A stretch of 33,192 bases of DNA, from assembly GCA_955652845.1 (NCBI GenBank), contig CATPBY010000050.1:1-33192 (forward strand). Direction: 5' to 3'. The translations under genes were made by a program, and so were the position numbers. The notes under the pieces are model-generated. The model did not search any database and had not been told where the DNA came from. It saw only the letters and a list, made by a program, of their open reading frames with translations. Positions 7,636 to 17,013 of the stretch are shown here, piece after piece. The first letter of the stretch is position 1. Each line of letters begins with the position of its first letter. Source of the DNA: an uncultured Terriglobales bacterium (GTDB taxonomy: Bacteria > Acidobacteriota > Terriglobia > Terriglobales > Acidobacteriaceae).

Positions 7636-8982
7636 TTATTTCCAGCTCCAATTGGGTTGGGTATTGCTTCCCGCGGATGTCAATTGCTTTTGGTTGGTGC
7701 CGTCAGCCAGCATGGTCCAAATTTGCTCGCTTCCCGAGCGGCTGGACTGAAAGATGATGTGCCTGCTGTCGGGCGACCAATAGGGAAAATCATTCCGCCC
7801 ACCATCGTGCGTGAGTTGCACCCACTGCTTGCTGGCAATATCCATGATGTAGATGTCTTGCGCACCCGGCGCTCCCGGCCCGTAGTGCCGAATCCATGAA
7901 AACACCAGGAACTGACCATTGGGCGACCATGCCGGCGAGACTGCGTATCCCTCCTCGGTAAGCCGCTGAGGGTTGGTGCCATCGGCTTCCATGGTGTAAA
8001 TCTGCGGCAACCCGGTTCGGCCGCTGACCCATGTGATCTGAGCGCCGGTTTTGCGGTTCCACGCCGGCGAGACGTCGGGACCTTTGGAGGAAGTGAGCCG
8101 CTTCAGATTGGCGCCCGATTGATCGACCACATATATCTCTGGATCGCCGCTCCGGGAGGAAGAGAACGCCAGCTTGGTGCCGTCTGCCGACCATGCCGGA
8201 GAAAGATTGGTCCCGCCAAAACGGGGAAAGCTTACCAGCCGGCCCAGTTCCATCGAGTACATCAGGATGTCCCATCCCGTCCGGGTGAGGGAACTGAAAG
8301 CGATGCGGGAACCGTCGGGCGAGACTCGCGGGGACAGTGAAATGGAGCCCACGTGGGTCACGGCGTGCTGGTTGGAGCCATCGTAATCCATGGCCCAGAT
8401 TTCCTTGCGGCCACTACGGCTGCTGACAAAATAAATCTTGCTTTCGGCTATGCCCGGAATGCCCCCGCCAAGACGAAAGATAATCTCGTCGGCGAATTTG
8501 TGGGCGATCATGCGGGCCGCATCGCTGGTGGGGGTATCGCCGTACTGTTTTCCCAGCACCTGCGGCGAAGCAACATTCTTAACGTCGTATAACCAGCCCT
8601 GCACCGTCAGATTGTTGCCGGAAACACCCAAGTTGCCGAAAGCCAGCATCGCGGCACTCGGAGGCGCAGAGCTCCAAGCTTCGAATTTCACGTCGGGCGG
8701 ACTGCCCACGGGGACAAGGGGGTAAAAACTCTTCGACACCATGTCGAAGATGCCGGCGTTGTCGAGATCATTCCACAAGGTGTCATTGAAGACTTTGAGA
8801 AGATCGGCGTTCTTCGGGTCCTGGCTGGACGCTTTGAAATCGGGTACTGCGAGGCGGACTTTTTCGACACCGAGCCCGGTGCCGGTGCGAATCCAGTCCT
8901 GAGAAAAGGCCGATGATAAGAAAATAGGTATCAGCAACAACGATTTAAGCAATCGATTCATGAATGGGAACATTTCCTTCAC
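7636..8982 (-). CDS. tolB: Tol-Pal system beta-propeller protein TolB
   Basis: It has a signal peptide and repeated propeller blades (SPRVSPDGSRIAFSS, SPAWSADGTKLAFSS, SPAWSPNGQFLVFS, YWSPDSRHIIFQS). It sits between the tolA-like gene and pal. The track start 8982 is GTG; ATG at 8961 (MNRLLKS) is an alternative start. Confidence 0.9.
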   Translation of the reverse strand: MKEMFPFMNRLLKSLLLIPIFLSSAFSQDWIRTGTGLGVEKVRLAVPDFKASSQDPKNADLLKVFNDTLWNDLDNAGIFDMVSKSFYPLVPVGSPPDVKFEAWSSAPPSAAMLAFGNLGVSGNNLTVQGWLYDVKNVASPQVLGKQYGDTPTSDAARMIAHKFADEIIFRLGGGIPGIAESKIYFVSSRSGRKEIWAMDYDGSNQHAVTHVGSISLSPRVSPDGSRIAFSSLTRTGWDILMYSMELGRLVSFPRFGGTNLSPAWSADGTKLAFSSSRSGDPEIYVVDQSGANLKRLTSSKGPDVSPAWNRKTGAQITWVSGRTGLPQIYTMEADGTNPQRLTEEGYAVSPAWSPNGQFLVFSWIRHYGPGAPGAQDIYIMDIASKQWVQLTHDGGRNDFPYWSPDSRHIIFQSSRSGSEQIWTMLADGTNQKQLTSAGSNTQPNWSWK

Positions 8983-8986
8983 TTAA

Positions 8987-9778
8987 CTATCTTTTGTAAT
9001 CGAACCAGAACTCGACTGAAACCTTATTTCCGGAATAATCCGAGGGCAAGGGACCAAAAGTATCAATGCGCTGAATGGCCCGTACCGCCGATTGATCCAG
9101 CGAAGGTACGCCACTTGACTGTTCGACCTGCACGTTGGTAGGCCGGCCATCACGCACTACATCAAAAGTAAGATAGACCCGCGGCGCTTCCGTGATACGC
9201 CGGTCTACATCATAAGTGAGCCAGCTCTGCTGTACTTTCTGCTGGACCACACGCACATACCAGCCGTAGCGAGTGCCGAAATCGCCGCCGCCGCCGGTAA
9301 AACCGAAGCCGCCTTTTGCCTCTCCCGCGCTGAAGGTCCCGTAGGGTCCGCTTACCGGGCCGCCCTGTCCGAAGGGAACTACGTTGTTGGCTTCCACTGG
9401 CGCAGGTTGAGCCTTGGGGCGCGTCGTACTCGTTTCCTTTGGAGCTTTCTTCTTAACATCCTTATCTGGGATGGGAATTGCTTCCGGTTCCTTCTGTTTC
9501 TCTTCAACCTTAGGCAAAGATTGGGTAAGGCCCTTGGACTCGTTCGCGAGAACGTTCTGAGTTTGCACCGGAGCGGAGGGAAGAGGAACGGTATTGACCA
9601 GCGTTACCCCAATAGCATCTCCGCCGCCTCCGGCCCCCCATCCGGAGCCGCGATTGGACGGCACGACCACAGCATAGAGCAGTATGGAACCTGCAACCAC
9701 GATGTGAAGTCCAGCCGACCAGGCCAGGTTACGGCCCCAACGTTCGTGCTCAAAGAAAATTTCAGCGCTGGCTGCCAT
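8987..9778 (-). CDS. tolA: TolA-position energy transducer with a TonB-type C-terminal domain
   Basis: ATG at 9778 gives MAASAEIFF; the track start 9787 is TTG. An N-terminal TM anchor (LHIVVAGSILLYAVVV) is followed by a Lys/Pro/Glu-rich linker and Gly-rich stretches. The C-terminal domain is TonB_C-like (YLTFDVVRDGRPTNVQVEQSSGVPSLDQSAVRAI). The gene overlaps the tolR 3' end by 17 nt. Confidence 0.65.
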   Translation of the reverse strand: MAASAEIFFEHERWGRNLAWSAGLHIVVAGSILLYAVVVPSNRGSGWGAGGGGDAIGVTLVNTVPLPSAPVQTQNVLANESKGLTQSLPKVEEKQKEPEAIPIPDKDVKKKAPKETSTTRPKAQPAPVEANNVVPFGQGGPVSGPYGTFSAGEAKGGFGFTGGGGDFGTRYGWYVRVVQQKVQQSWLTYDVDRRITEAPRVYLTFDVVRDGRPTNVQVEQSSGVPSLDQSAVRAIQRIDTFGPLPSDYSGNKVSVEFWFDYKR

Positions 9779-10190
9779 GAGTGTCAAGCGGCTGCGTCAC
9801 GATGCTCACGTTGCTGATGCCCGATTGTTTCACCGCATCCATCACTGTGGCGAACGCTCCGAACGGAACGTTCTCATCGGCCCGGACAAAGATGGACTGA
9901 TGGCTCGGGTCCCGGATTTTTTGTCGCAGCTTGTCTCCGATCTCATTGATGTTAATTGCGTCGTTTCCCAGGAAGACGCGTTGCGTCTTGTCAATGCTGA
10001 TCACAACGCGCTCTTCGGTGATTTCCTTTACGGTTCTAGTTTTGGGTACGCTCACTTCGATTCCAGACTGCAGCACCGGAGCGGTCACCATGAAGATGAT
10101 CAACAGCACCAGAACCACGTCGACCAGAGGAGTTATGTTGATATCGGAAAGAGAAGTCTGGGTACGTCCGTTCGAAGCCGTAAAGGCCAT
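9762..10190 (-). CDS. tolR: ExbD/TolR-family biopolymer transport protein
   Basis: It has the ExbD signature (INITPLVDVVLVLLIIFMV). Its start overlaps the tolQ stop (TAATG at 10188-10192). Confidence 0.85.
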   Translation of the reverse strand: MAFTASNGRTQTSLSDINITPLVDVVLVLLIIFMVTAPVLQSGIEVSVPKTRTVKEITEERVVISIDKTQRVFLGNDAININEIGDKLRQKIRDPSHQSIFVRADENVPFGAFATVMDAVKQSGISNVSIVTQPLDTHGSQR

Positions 10191-10918
10191 TAGCGTCGCA
10201 CCTCGGGAACTTCGGCCGCGCGATAAGCCGGTTGAACCTGATTGCGCTCGACCGCATTCAGCATTTCGAGAGCAAAGTCATCGCCGCGGGCAGCGAACTC
10301 CCGGATCGATCCGCCAATCAGGTTATACGCTATGACCGCGGGAATGGCCGCGGCAAGGCCGGCCGCCGTGGTAATCAACGCTTCCGAGATGCCTGGCGCC
10401 ACCGCGCGTAAAGTGGCTGCGCCCGCGGTCCCCAGACCGTGAAAGGCATCAATAATGCCCCAAACCGTGCCGAACAGGCCGACAAACGGCGTAACTGCGC
10501 CGGTGATCGCCAGCCACGGCAGGTTGCGTTCCAAACGCGTCAACTCCTCGGAGTTGGCAATCTGCATGGCGCGCTGGATAGCGGTCGTATTCCGGGCAAC
10601 CCCTGTCGAAACTGCACCCTGGCGGCGGAGTTCCTCAAACCCGCCTTCAAACACCCCAACCAGCGGGCTGGGGCGGAATTGCTCGGCCACGGCGGCCACG
10701 TCTTGCAGACGCTGAGCCTTGCGAAAGGCGCGCACAAAACGGCCGCTCTGCACCCGGGCACGCTGCAGCACACTCCATTTGGAAAGAATGATGGCCCACG
10801 AAATCAGGCTGAACAAAAGAAGAAGCAGCAGGACGACCTTGGCGACCGGGCCAGTTTCGCCCAGTAAGTCGAGAATCTCACCGCCGACCACCGCTGAGGG
10901 GAGTAAATACAGATGCAT
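10190..10918 (-). CDS. tolQ: MotA/TolQ/ExbB proton-channel protein
   Basis: ATG at 10918 gives MHLYLLPS; the track start 10993 is an extension. It has the conserved C-terminal channel region (PWLAITGAVTPFVGLFGTVWGIIDAF, APGISEALITTAAGLAAAIPAV). Confidence 0.85.
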   Translation of the reverse strand: MHLYLLPSAVVGGEILDLLGETGPVAKVVLLLLLLFSLISWAIILSKWSVLQRARVQSGRFVRAFRKAQRLQDVAAVAEQFRPSPLVGVFEGGFEELRRQGAVSTGVARNTTAIQRAMQIANSEELTRLERNLPWLAITGAVTPFVGLFGTVWGIIDAFHGLGTAGAATLRAVAPGISEALITTAAGLAAAIPAVIAYNLIGGSIREFAARGDDFALEMLNAVERNQVQPAYRAAEVPEVRR

Positions 10919-11107
10919 TGTTTTTAGGAGAACACCAACCTGATTATAGGTCAAGGGTGCGGGCCTGTTTCGCGGATGAATCGCATCCATCAACAGCAGA
11001 TCGGAGAAAAGCTTACTGATCGCGCATTGATAAGGGAAAATTGGGAGGTTCTTTCATGCTATTCTGCGCACAACTTCTCCATCCCAACTCTGCGGTCCAG
11101 GACGGCC

Positions 11108-12823
11108 GTGCTCGTCGAACTGCGGCTTGAAAACTACGTTGTGATCGACCACCTGGAGGTGGAGTTCGCCTCCGGATTGAATCTGCTGACCGGTGAGACT
11201 GGCGCGGGAAAATCCATCCTGATCGACGCTCTGGCTCTCCTTCTCGGCGACAAGGCCTCCGCGGAAGTAATTCGCGCGGGAGCCGAGCGAGCCATGATCT
11301 CGGCGGTCTTCGAAGCCGAGGCTGGCGCATCTGAAAGAAAGATCGCTCAAGTTCTGGAAGCCAATGGCATCGACTTGGAAGCCAACTCCATTATTTTGCG
11401 CCGCGAAATTGCAACTGGCGGCAAAGGCCGGGTTTTCGTAAACAACCAGCCAGCTACTGTGGCAGTGTTGCGTCAACTTGCGCCATATCTGGCGACCATC
11501 CATGCCCAGAACGCATCGCTCCTTTCTTTCGATGCGGCCGCACGTCTCAACCTGCTCGACGCCTTTGCGGGAAATGAAGTTGGCGGGACCACCGAGGCGT
11601 TTCTTCAGTGGAAAACGGTAGCGAATCGAATCGAAGAGTTGCAGCACAATGAACAGGACCGCCTGCGCTTGCTGGATCTGTGGACCTTCCAGAAGAATGA
11701 AATCGAGCAGCTCAAGCTGCAGCCCGGTGAAGATCACCACCTGGAAACACAAAAGCGCGTGTTGGCAAATGCAGAGAAGATTTACAGCTCCGCAATGAAC
11801 GCCTTCGACTTGCTTTACGAAGGCAACGCTTCCACCTCTGCATCATTGCGCCTGGCGCAAAAGCATATCGAAGAACTCGCCCGCTATGAGCCGAAGTTCC
11901 AGGATGCTTATTCGGCGCTCGAGACGGTTCGTATTAGCGTGGAGGATGTCGGCGCCAGTCTGCGCGATTATGCCGGCGGCATCGAAGCGTCGCCTGAGCG
12001 CCTGGCGGAGGTGGAGGATCGCCTGGCGGCCATCGACCGGCTCAAGCGCAAGTACGGTCCCACGCTGGGCGATGTAATTGGCCATAATGAAGAAGTGACC
12101 CGCAAGCTTTCCGAGATGGAAAATAAAGACGAAATTCTCCGCCGGCTGCATGCAGAGCTGGCGCAAGCCGCGGAAGGGTATCAGCGAGCGGCTCGTATGC
12201 TTTCGAAAAAGCGTTACGAGGCCGCGCGCAAATTGGAAAAATTAGTCGAAGCTGAAATCAACGATCTGGCGATGACTTCCAAGTTCAGCGTTGAAGTCAG
12301 TGGCAGTGATGAAGTAGGGAACTGGACGCCCTCGGGCTTCGACCAGGCGGTGTATATGATTTCCACCAATCCCGGCGAACCGCTGCGGCCACTGGAACAG
12401 ATCGCGTCCGGCGGGGAGTTGTCGCGGGTCATGCTGGCGCTGAAAGGCACCGTGGCGCGGGCGACCGCGAAGTCGCCAGCCAGATCGGCTGACGGTCGAG
12501 CATGCTCCGCCCAGCGCACCCTGATCTTCGACGAGATCGACACCGGAATCGGCGGGCGGGCGGCGGAAGCGGTAGGCAAAAAGTTAAAAAGCCTGTCCAG
12601 CGCTGACCAGGTAATTTGCGTGACCCATCTTCCGCAGATCGCCACCTTCGCTGACCATCACTATCTCATCGAAAAGAAGAACGCCGGCGGCCGCATGCGA
12701 ACTACAATTCGTCCAATCACTGGCCAGGAACGCACAGAGGAAATTGCTCGCATGCTTAGCGGCGCCAGGCTGACAGATACTTCGCGCAAGCATGCGGAGC
12801 AGATGCTGAAAACCAACGCGTAA
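11108..12823 (+). CDS. recN: DNA repair protein RecN (SMC-like ATPase)
   Basis: GTG at 11108 gives MLVELRLENYVVIDHLEV, a canonical RecN N-terminus; the track start 10976 is an extension. It has Walker A (GETGAGKS), a long coiled coil, the signature ASGGELSR and Walker B (LIFDEIDTGIGG). Confidence 0.9.
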   Translation: MLVELRLENYVVIDHLEVEFASGLNLLTGETGAGKSILIDALALLLGDKASAEVIRAGAERAMISAVFEAEAGASERKIAQVLEANGIDLEANSIILRREIATGGKGRVFVNNQPATVAVLRQLAPYLATIHAQNASLLSFDAAARLNLLDAFAGNEVGGTTEAFLQWKTVANRIEELQHNEQDRLRLLDLWTFQKNEIEQLKLQPGEDHHLETQKRVLANAEKIYSSAMNAFDLLYEGNASTSASLRLAQKHIEELARYEPKFQDAYSALETVRISVEDVGASLRDYAGGIEASPERLAEVEDRLAAIDRLKRKYGPTLGDVIGHNEEVTRKLSEMENKDEILRRLHAELAQAAEGYQRAARMLSKKRYEAARKLEKLVEAEINDLAMTSKFSVEVSGSDEVGNWTPSGFDQAVYMISTNPGEPLRPLEQIASGGELSRVMLALKGTVARATAKSPARSADGRACSAQRTLIFDEIDTGIGGRAAEAVGKKLKSLSSADQVICVTHLPQIATFADHHYLIEKKNAGGRMRTTIRPITGQERTEEIARMLSGARLTDTSRKHAEQMLKTNA

Positions 12824-13048
12824 AGCTCGGATAAGACATTGAGACCTGTTCCTGCAACCGTTGCAACTGGTCATCTGCGCCGGGGACGCCCCCGCCTCGC
12901 CTTGGCTGATGGTCCATTCACAGCCAAAATATCCCCAATCGATGCTAATCCTAGCCGTTTCTACGGCTTACGTTGACCTGGTGCGTACTTTTTAGATACC
13001 CTAGTTGTCAACACCCAACAGGAAACGTGTACCCTAGAAAGTAGACTC

Positions 13049-14041
13049 ATGCTAAGTAAAGACAGTCACCCCGCCGAACAGAAAACCTTGCTGTTATTGA
13101 AGCCTCGGGGCTTTTGCGCGGGCGTGGTGCGGGCCATTGACATTGTCCGCATCGCCCTGGAGGCCTTTGGGCCCCCGATCTATGTACGCAAGGAGATCGT
13201 TCACAACCGTTTCGTAGTTGAGGAATTGCAAGGCAAAGGCGCAATTTTCGTGGACAGCGTGGAAGAAGTCCCAAATGGGGAGCGGGTGATCTACAGTGCT
13301 CACGGTGTTTCACCGGAAGTGCGGGACGCCAGCCAGCATCGAGGATTACGGGTGATTGACGCTACCTGTCCCCTGGTCACAAAAGTTCATGTTGAGGCGG
13401 TAAAGTTCGCCAAGGAAGGTTATTCGCTGATCCTGATCGGGCACCGCGACCACGACGAAGTGATCGGAACGCTGGGCGAGGCACCGGTCGTCACACAGGT
13501 AGTGGGGTCGCCCGAGCAGGTAGAATCTTTGACCGTTGCGAATCCTGACCGCGTGGCCTACCTGACGCAGACGACTTTGAGTCTGGACGAAACCAAAGAC
13601 ATCATCGCGGCGTTGCGGCAGCGTTTTCCCAACATCAAGGGGCCGGCAGCGCAGGATATCTGCTATGCCACGGAAAACCGGCAGGTCGCGGTAAAACAAG
13701 TGGCTTCAGACGCAGATCTCCTGCTGGTCGTTGGATCGGATAACAGTTCCAATTCCAACCGTCTGGTCGAAGTAGCCCGAAATTTGGGCACGGGTTCACA
13801 TCTGATCGACAGCTTCCGCAATATCCAGGCGGAGTGGCTTGAGGGCGTGAAGACTATCGCTTTGACGGCGGGCGCTTCCGCGCCGGAATGTCTGGTGGAA
13901 GAAGTAGTAGAGTTTCTGGGTACCAGAGGCTTCAACAATGTGAAGGAAGTCGAAGTAATGCCTGAGAACGTGCGGTTTGGTCTGCCTCCGGAGATTGTGG
14001 AAGCTATTGCCAGCGCGCCCACCGGGGCAGTCGCGGAGTAA
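13049..14041 (+). CDS. ispH: 4-hydroxy-3-methylbut-2-enyl diphosphate reductase (terminal MEP-pathway enzyme)
   Basis: It carries PRGFCAGVVRAIDIV, SAHGVSP, ATCPLVTKVH and SSNSNRL motifs (three conserved Cys regions). The size is right at 330 aa. Confidence 0.9.
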   Translation: MLSKDSHPAEQKTLLLLKPRGFCAGVVRAIDIVRIALEAFGPPIYVRKEIVHNRFVVEELQGKGAIFVDSVEEVPNGERVIYSAHGVSPEVRDASQHRGLRVIDATCPLVTKVHVEAVKFAKEGYSLILIGHRDHDEVIGTLGEAPVVTQVVGSPEQVESLTVANPDRVAYLTQTTLSLDETKDIIAALRQRFPNIKGPAAQDICYATENRQVAVKQVASDADLLLVVGSDNSSNSNRLVEVARNLGTGSHLIDSFRNIQAEWLEGVKTIALTAGASAPECLVEEVVEFLGTRGFNNVKEVEVMPENVRFGLPPEIVEAIASAPTGAVAE

Positions 14042-14049
14042 ATCAGGGT

Positions 14050-16020
14050 ATGGAAGAGAGCTCCCCCACCCATTCGGCATCGGCGTTGCCGCCAATGCGT
14101 TTCGGGAAAATCGACGATCTGGCCAGCCGGGTAGCGGCGGCGGTTGACGGCGCCCGCAACTACCTGTTCGGCGGCCAGCACGAAGAAGGCTACTGGTGCG
14201 GCGAACTGGAAGCCGATACTTCGCTTGAATCGGATTACATCGTCCTGCACACACTGCTGGGCACCGGCAACTTGGAACGCTTCCAGAGAGCGGCGCGTTA
14301 CATCCTTCAACATCAGAATGAGGATGGCGGATGGAGTATTTATGCCGGCGGCCCATCGAATATCAGTGTCTCGGTCAAAGCATATTTCGGATTGAAGCTC
14401 GCCGGATATCCGGCGGACCATCCGGCCCTGCTTCGCGCCCGCCAAAAGATTCTGGCAATGGGCGGCGTCACCGAAGTCAATACTTTTACCAAGATATACC
14501 TTTGTTTCTTTGGGCAATATGACTATGACGCGGTCCCGGCCATTCCGCCGGAAATCGTCCTGTTCCCCAACTGGTTCTGGTTCAATATCTACGAAATTTC
14601 GTCATGGTCGCGGGCAATCCTGGTGCCACTGTCAATCGCCTACGCCAAGAAGCCATTCAAGAAGATTCCGGATGAGATGGGCGTGGACGAGTTATTCGTG
14701 GGCGGTCGAGACAAGTCCCGCATGCACTTGCACTGGTCGAAGAAGCTGTTCTCCTGGCGCAATTTTTTCCTATTGCTGGACCGCTTGACTCACTGGTTTG
14801 AGCGCGTCCATATCCGGCCGTTGCGTTCGATCGCGCTGAAAAACGCGGAGAAGTGGATGCTGGAGCGTTTCGAAATGAGTGATGGATTGGGGGCCATTTA
14901 TCCCGCCATGATGAACGCCATCATTGCGCTTCGGTGTCTCGGATATTCGGTGGACGATCCGCAGTTCATCCGCGCCATGGATGAGTTCGAGAAGCTGGGC
15001 ATCGAAGAAGGCGAAACGTTCCGCATGCAACCCTGCACATCGCCGGTGTGGGACGCCGCCTACGCGCTCTTTGCTCTGGGTCACAGCGGCGTGCCGGCGA
15101 ACGATGCGCGCCTGGTCAAGTGCGCCGATTGGATTCTGCAGAAGCAGGTCCGGAATATCGGTGATTGGAAGGTAAAAAATCCCGGAGGCCAGCCCGGCGG
15201 ATGGTATTTCGAATTCAACAACGAGTTTTATCCTGACGTGGACGACAGCGCCATGGTTTGCCTGGCGTTGAGCCAGGTGGAGCATCCTAACGGGCGTTAC
15301 CAGCGCGAATCGGTGCAGCGTGCGATTGATTGGATTCTTTCGATGCAGTGCCGCAACGGAGGCTGGGCTTCGTTCGACAAAGACAATGACCGCATGGTGT
15401 TTCAACACATCCCATTCGCAGACCATAACGCCATGCTCGATCCCGCGACGGTTGACATCACTGGCCGCATTCTGGAGATGCTCGCGACCTACGGTTACGA
15501 CCGGAATCATCCGGCGGTGAAGAAGGCGATAAAGTTTATCCGCGATGAGCAGGAACCCGATGGCTCTTGGTTTGGACGCTGGGGCGTGAACTATATTTAC
15601 GGCACCATGCTGGTGTTGCGCGGTCTTGAGGCGATGGGCGTAGATCATCACGAACCTTACGTGCAGCAGGCGGCGGAATGGCTGCGCATGATGCAGAATC
15701 CCGATGGCGGCTGGGGAGAGACGTGCGGGTCATATGACGATCCTAATACCAGGGGTGTGGGCCCAAGCACCCCATCACAGACCGCCTGGGCGGTGATGGG
15801 GCTGCTGGCTGCGAACGACACGCGAAGCGATTGTGTGGTTCGAGGCATCGCCTATCTGCTGAGATCACAGAAAAAAGATGGATCGTGGGACGAGCCCTGT
15901 TACACCGGCACGGGTTTTCCCCGCGTGTTCTATCTCAAATATCACCTGTACTGCCAATATTTCCCGCTGATCGCGCTGACCACCTGCAAGAAAGTCATGG
16001 CGGAGAAAACCAGCGATTAG
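14050..16020 (+). CDS. shc: squalene-hopene cyclase
   Basis: It has multiple QW repeats (QNEDGGWS, QCRNGGWA, EQEPDGSWFGRWG, QNPDGGWGE, QKKDGSWD). The DxDD catalytic motif is DVDDSAM. It starts 8 nt after the ispH stop. Confidence 0.95.
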   Translation: MEESSPTHSASALPPMRFGKIDDLASRVAAAVDGARNYLFGGQHEEGYWCGELEADTSLESDYIVLHTLLGTGNLERFQRAARYILQHQNEDGGWSIYAGGPSNISVSVKAYFGLKLAGYPADHPALLRARQKILAMGGVTEVNTFTKIYLCFFGQYDYDAVPAIPPEIVLFPNWFWFNIYEISSWSRAILVPLSIAYAKKPFKKIPDEMGVDELFVGGRDKSRMHLHWSKKLFSWRNFFLLLDRLTHWFERVHIRPLRSIALKNAEKWMLERFEMSDGLGAIYPAMMNAIIALRCLGYSVDDPQFIRAMDEFEKLGIEEGETFRMQPCTSPVWDAAYALFALGHSGVPANDARLVKCADWILQKQVRNIGDWKVKNPGGQPGGWYFEFNNEFYPDVDDSAMVCLALSQVEHPNGRYQRESVQRAIDWILSMQCRNGGWASFDKDNDRMVFQHIPFADHNAMLDPATVDITGRILEMLATYGYDRNHPAVKKAIKFIRDEQEPDGSWFGRWGVNYIYGTMLVLRGLEAMGVDHHEPYVQQAAEWLRMMQNPDGGWGETCGSYDDPNTRGVGPSTPSQTAWAVMGLLAANDTRSDCVVRGIAYLLRSQKKDGSWDEPCYTGTGFPRVFYLKYHLYCQYFPLIALTTCKKVMAEKTSD

Positions 16021-16026
16021 CATTGC

Positions 16027-17013
16027 ATGTTAGCTTTCGTTACCGGCGCGACCGGATTCGTGGGCAGCCATGTAGCGCGCGCGCTTGCAGACTATGGCGC
16101 TGACCTGCGGCTGTTGCTTCGCTCCAGCAGCAATCCGAAAAACATTGAAGGCCTGAAGGCGGAGCGGGTGGTTGGCGACTTGTGTGATGCCGCGTCGCTG
16201 GAGAAGGGACTGGCCGGGTGTGATGCGGTCTTCCATGTGGCCGCCGACTATCGGCTGTGGGTGCGGGATCCGGATCAGATGTATCGCGCCAATGTTGAGG
16301 GCACCCGGGCCATCCTTGGAGCCGCGCTCAAAAATGGCGTGCGGCGTGTGGTGTATACCTCCAGCGTCGCGACCATGGGCTTCACGTCGAACGGTCACCC
16401 GGCAGATGAAACTTCCCCTGTTTCGCTGGAGAAGATGATCGGCCCTTACAAGCGATCGAAGTTCCTGGCGGAAAAACTGGCGGTCGAAGCGGGACGCAGC
16501 GGGATGGACGTCGTCGTGGTCAATCCCAGCACGCCGGTCGGCGAGCGGGACATCAAGCCCACGCCCACGGGGCGGATTATCGTTGACTTTCTCAAGAAGA
16601 AGTTTCCCGCCTACGTCGATACCGGTTTGAACCTGGTGGATGTGAGCGAGTGCGCTCGTGGTCATATCGCGGCAATGGAAAAGGGACGGAGCGGCGAGCG
16701 CTACATTCTGGGCGGAGAGAACCTCACACTGAAGCGGATTCTGGACAAGCTGGCCGTGATCACCGGGCTGCCGTCACCGAGACTCAGAGTTCCGTACGCG
16801 ATTGCGCTGGCCACCGGGGTGGTGGACGAGATGTTCACGGGCCACATTCTCAAGCGAGAACCACGCGCAACCATTGACGCAGTGCGCATGGGCAGGAAGA
16901 AGATGTTTGTTTCTTCCGCCAAAGCCGCACGCGAACTGGGATGGGAAGGCGGTCCAGTGGATAATGCTCTGCAGCGCGCCGTCGAGTGGTTCACGTCGAA
17001 TGGGTATGTGTGA
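16027..17013 (+). CDS. hpnA: hopanoid-associated NAD-dependent sugar epimerase/dehydratase-family protein HpnA
   Basis: It has a Rossmann motif (TGATGFVGS), the HVAADYRLW and ANVEGT stretches that closely match my memory of HpnA, and a catalytic YxxxK (YKRSK). It starts 6 nt after the shc stop. Confidence 0.85.
   Translation: MLAFVTGATGFVGSHVARALADYGADLRLLLRSSSNPKNIEGLKAERVVGDLCDAASLEKGLAGCDAVFHVAADYRLWVRDPDQMYRANVEGTRAILGAALKNGVRRVVYTSSVATMGFTSNGHPADETSPVSLEKMIGPYKRSKFLAEKLAVEAGRSGMDVVVVNPSTPVGERDIKPTPTGRIIVDFLKKKFPAYVDTGLNLVDVSECARGHIAAMEKGRSGERYILGGENLTLKRILDKLAVITGLPSPRLRVPYAIALATGVVDEMFTGHILKREPRATIDAVRMGRKKMFVSSAKAARELGWEGGPVDNALQRAVEWFTSNGYV

Noticed and set aside
11054-11752. 232-aa minus-strand ORF antisense to recN
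   Set aside because: The recN frame has Walker A, signature and Walker B motifs. The antisense frame has none.
12853-12865. 13-bp palindrome TGCAAC-C-GTTGCA just after recN
   Set aside because: It is short and isolated, with no partner site and no obvious downstream promoter. It could arise by chance in 33 kb.
13663-15651. Long minus-strand ORFs (13663-14517, 13796-14356, 14770-15651) antisense to ispH and shc
   Set aside because: They overlap strongly supported ispH and shc frames, which carry the QW repeats and DxDD motif. Their composition is Arg/Ala/Pro-rich shadow type.
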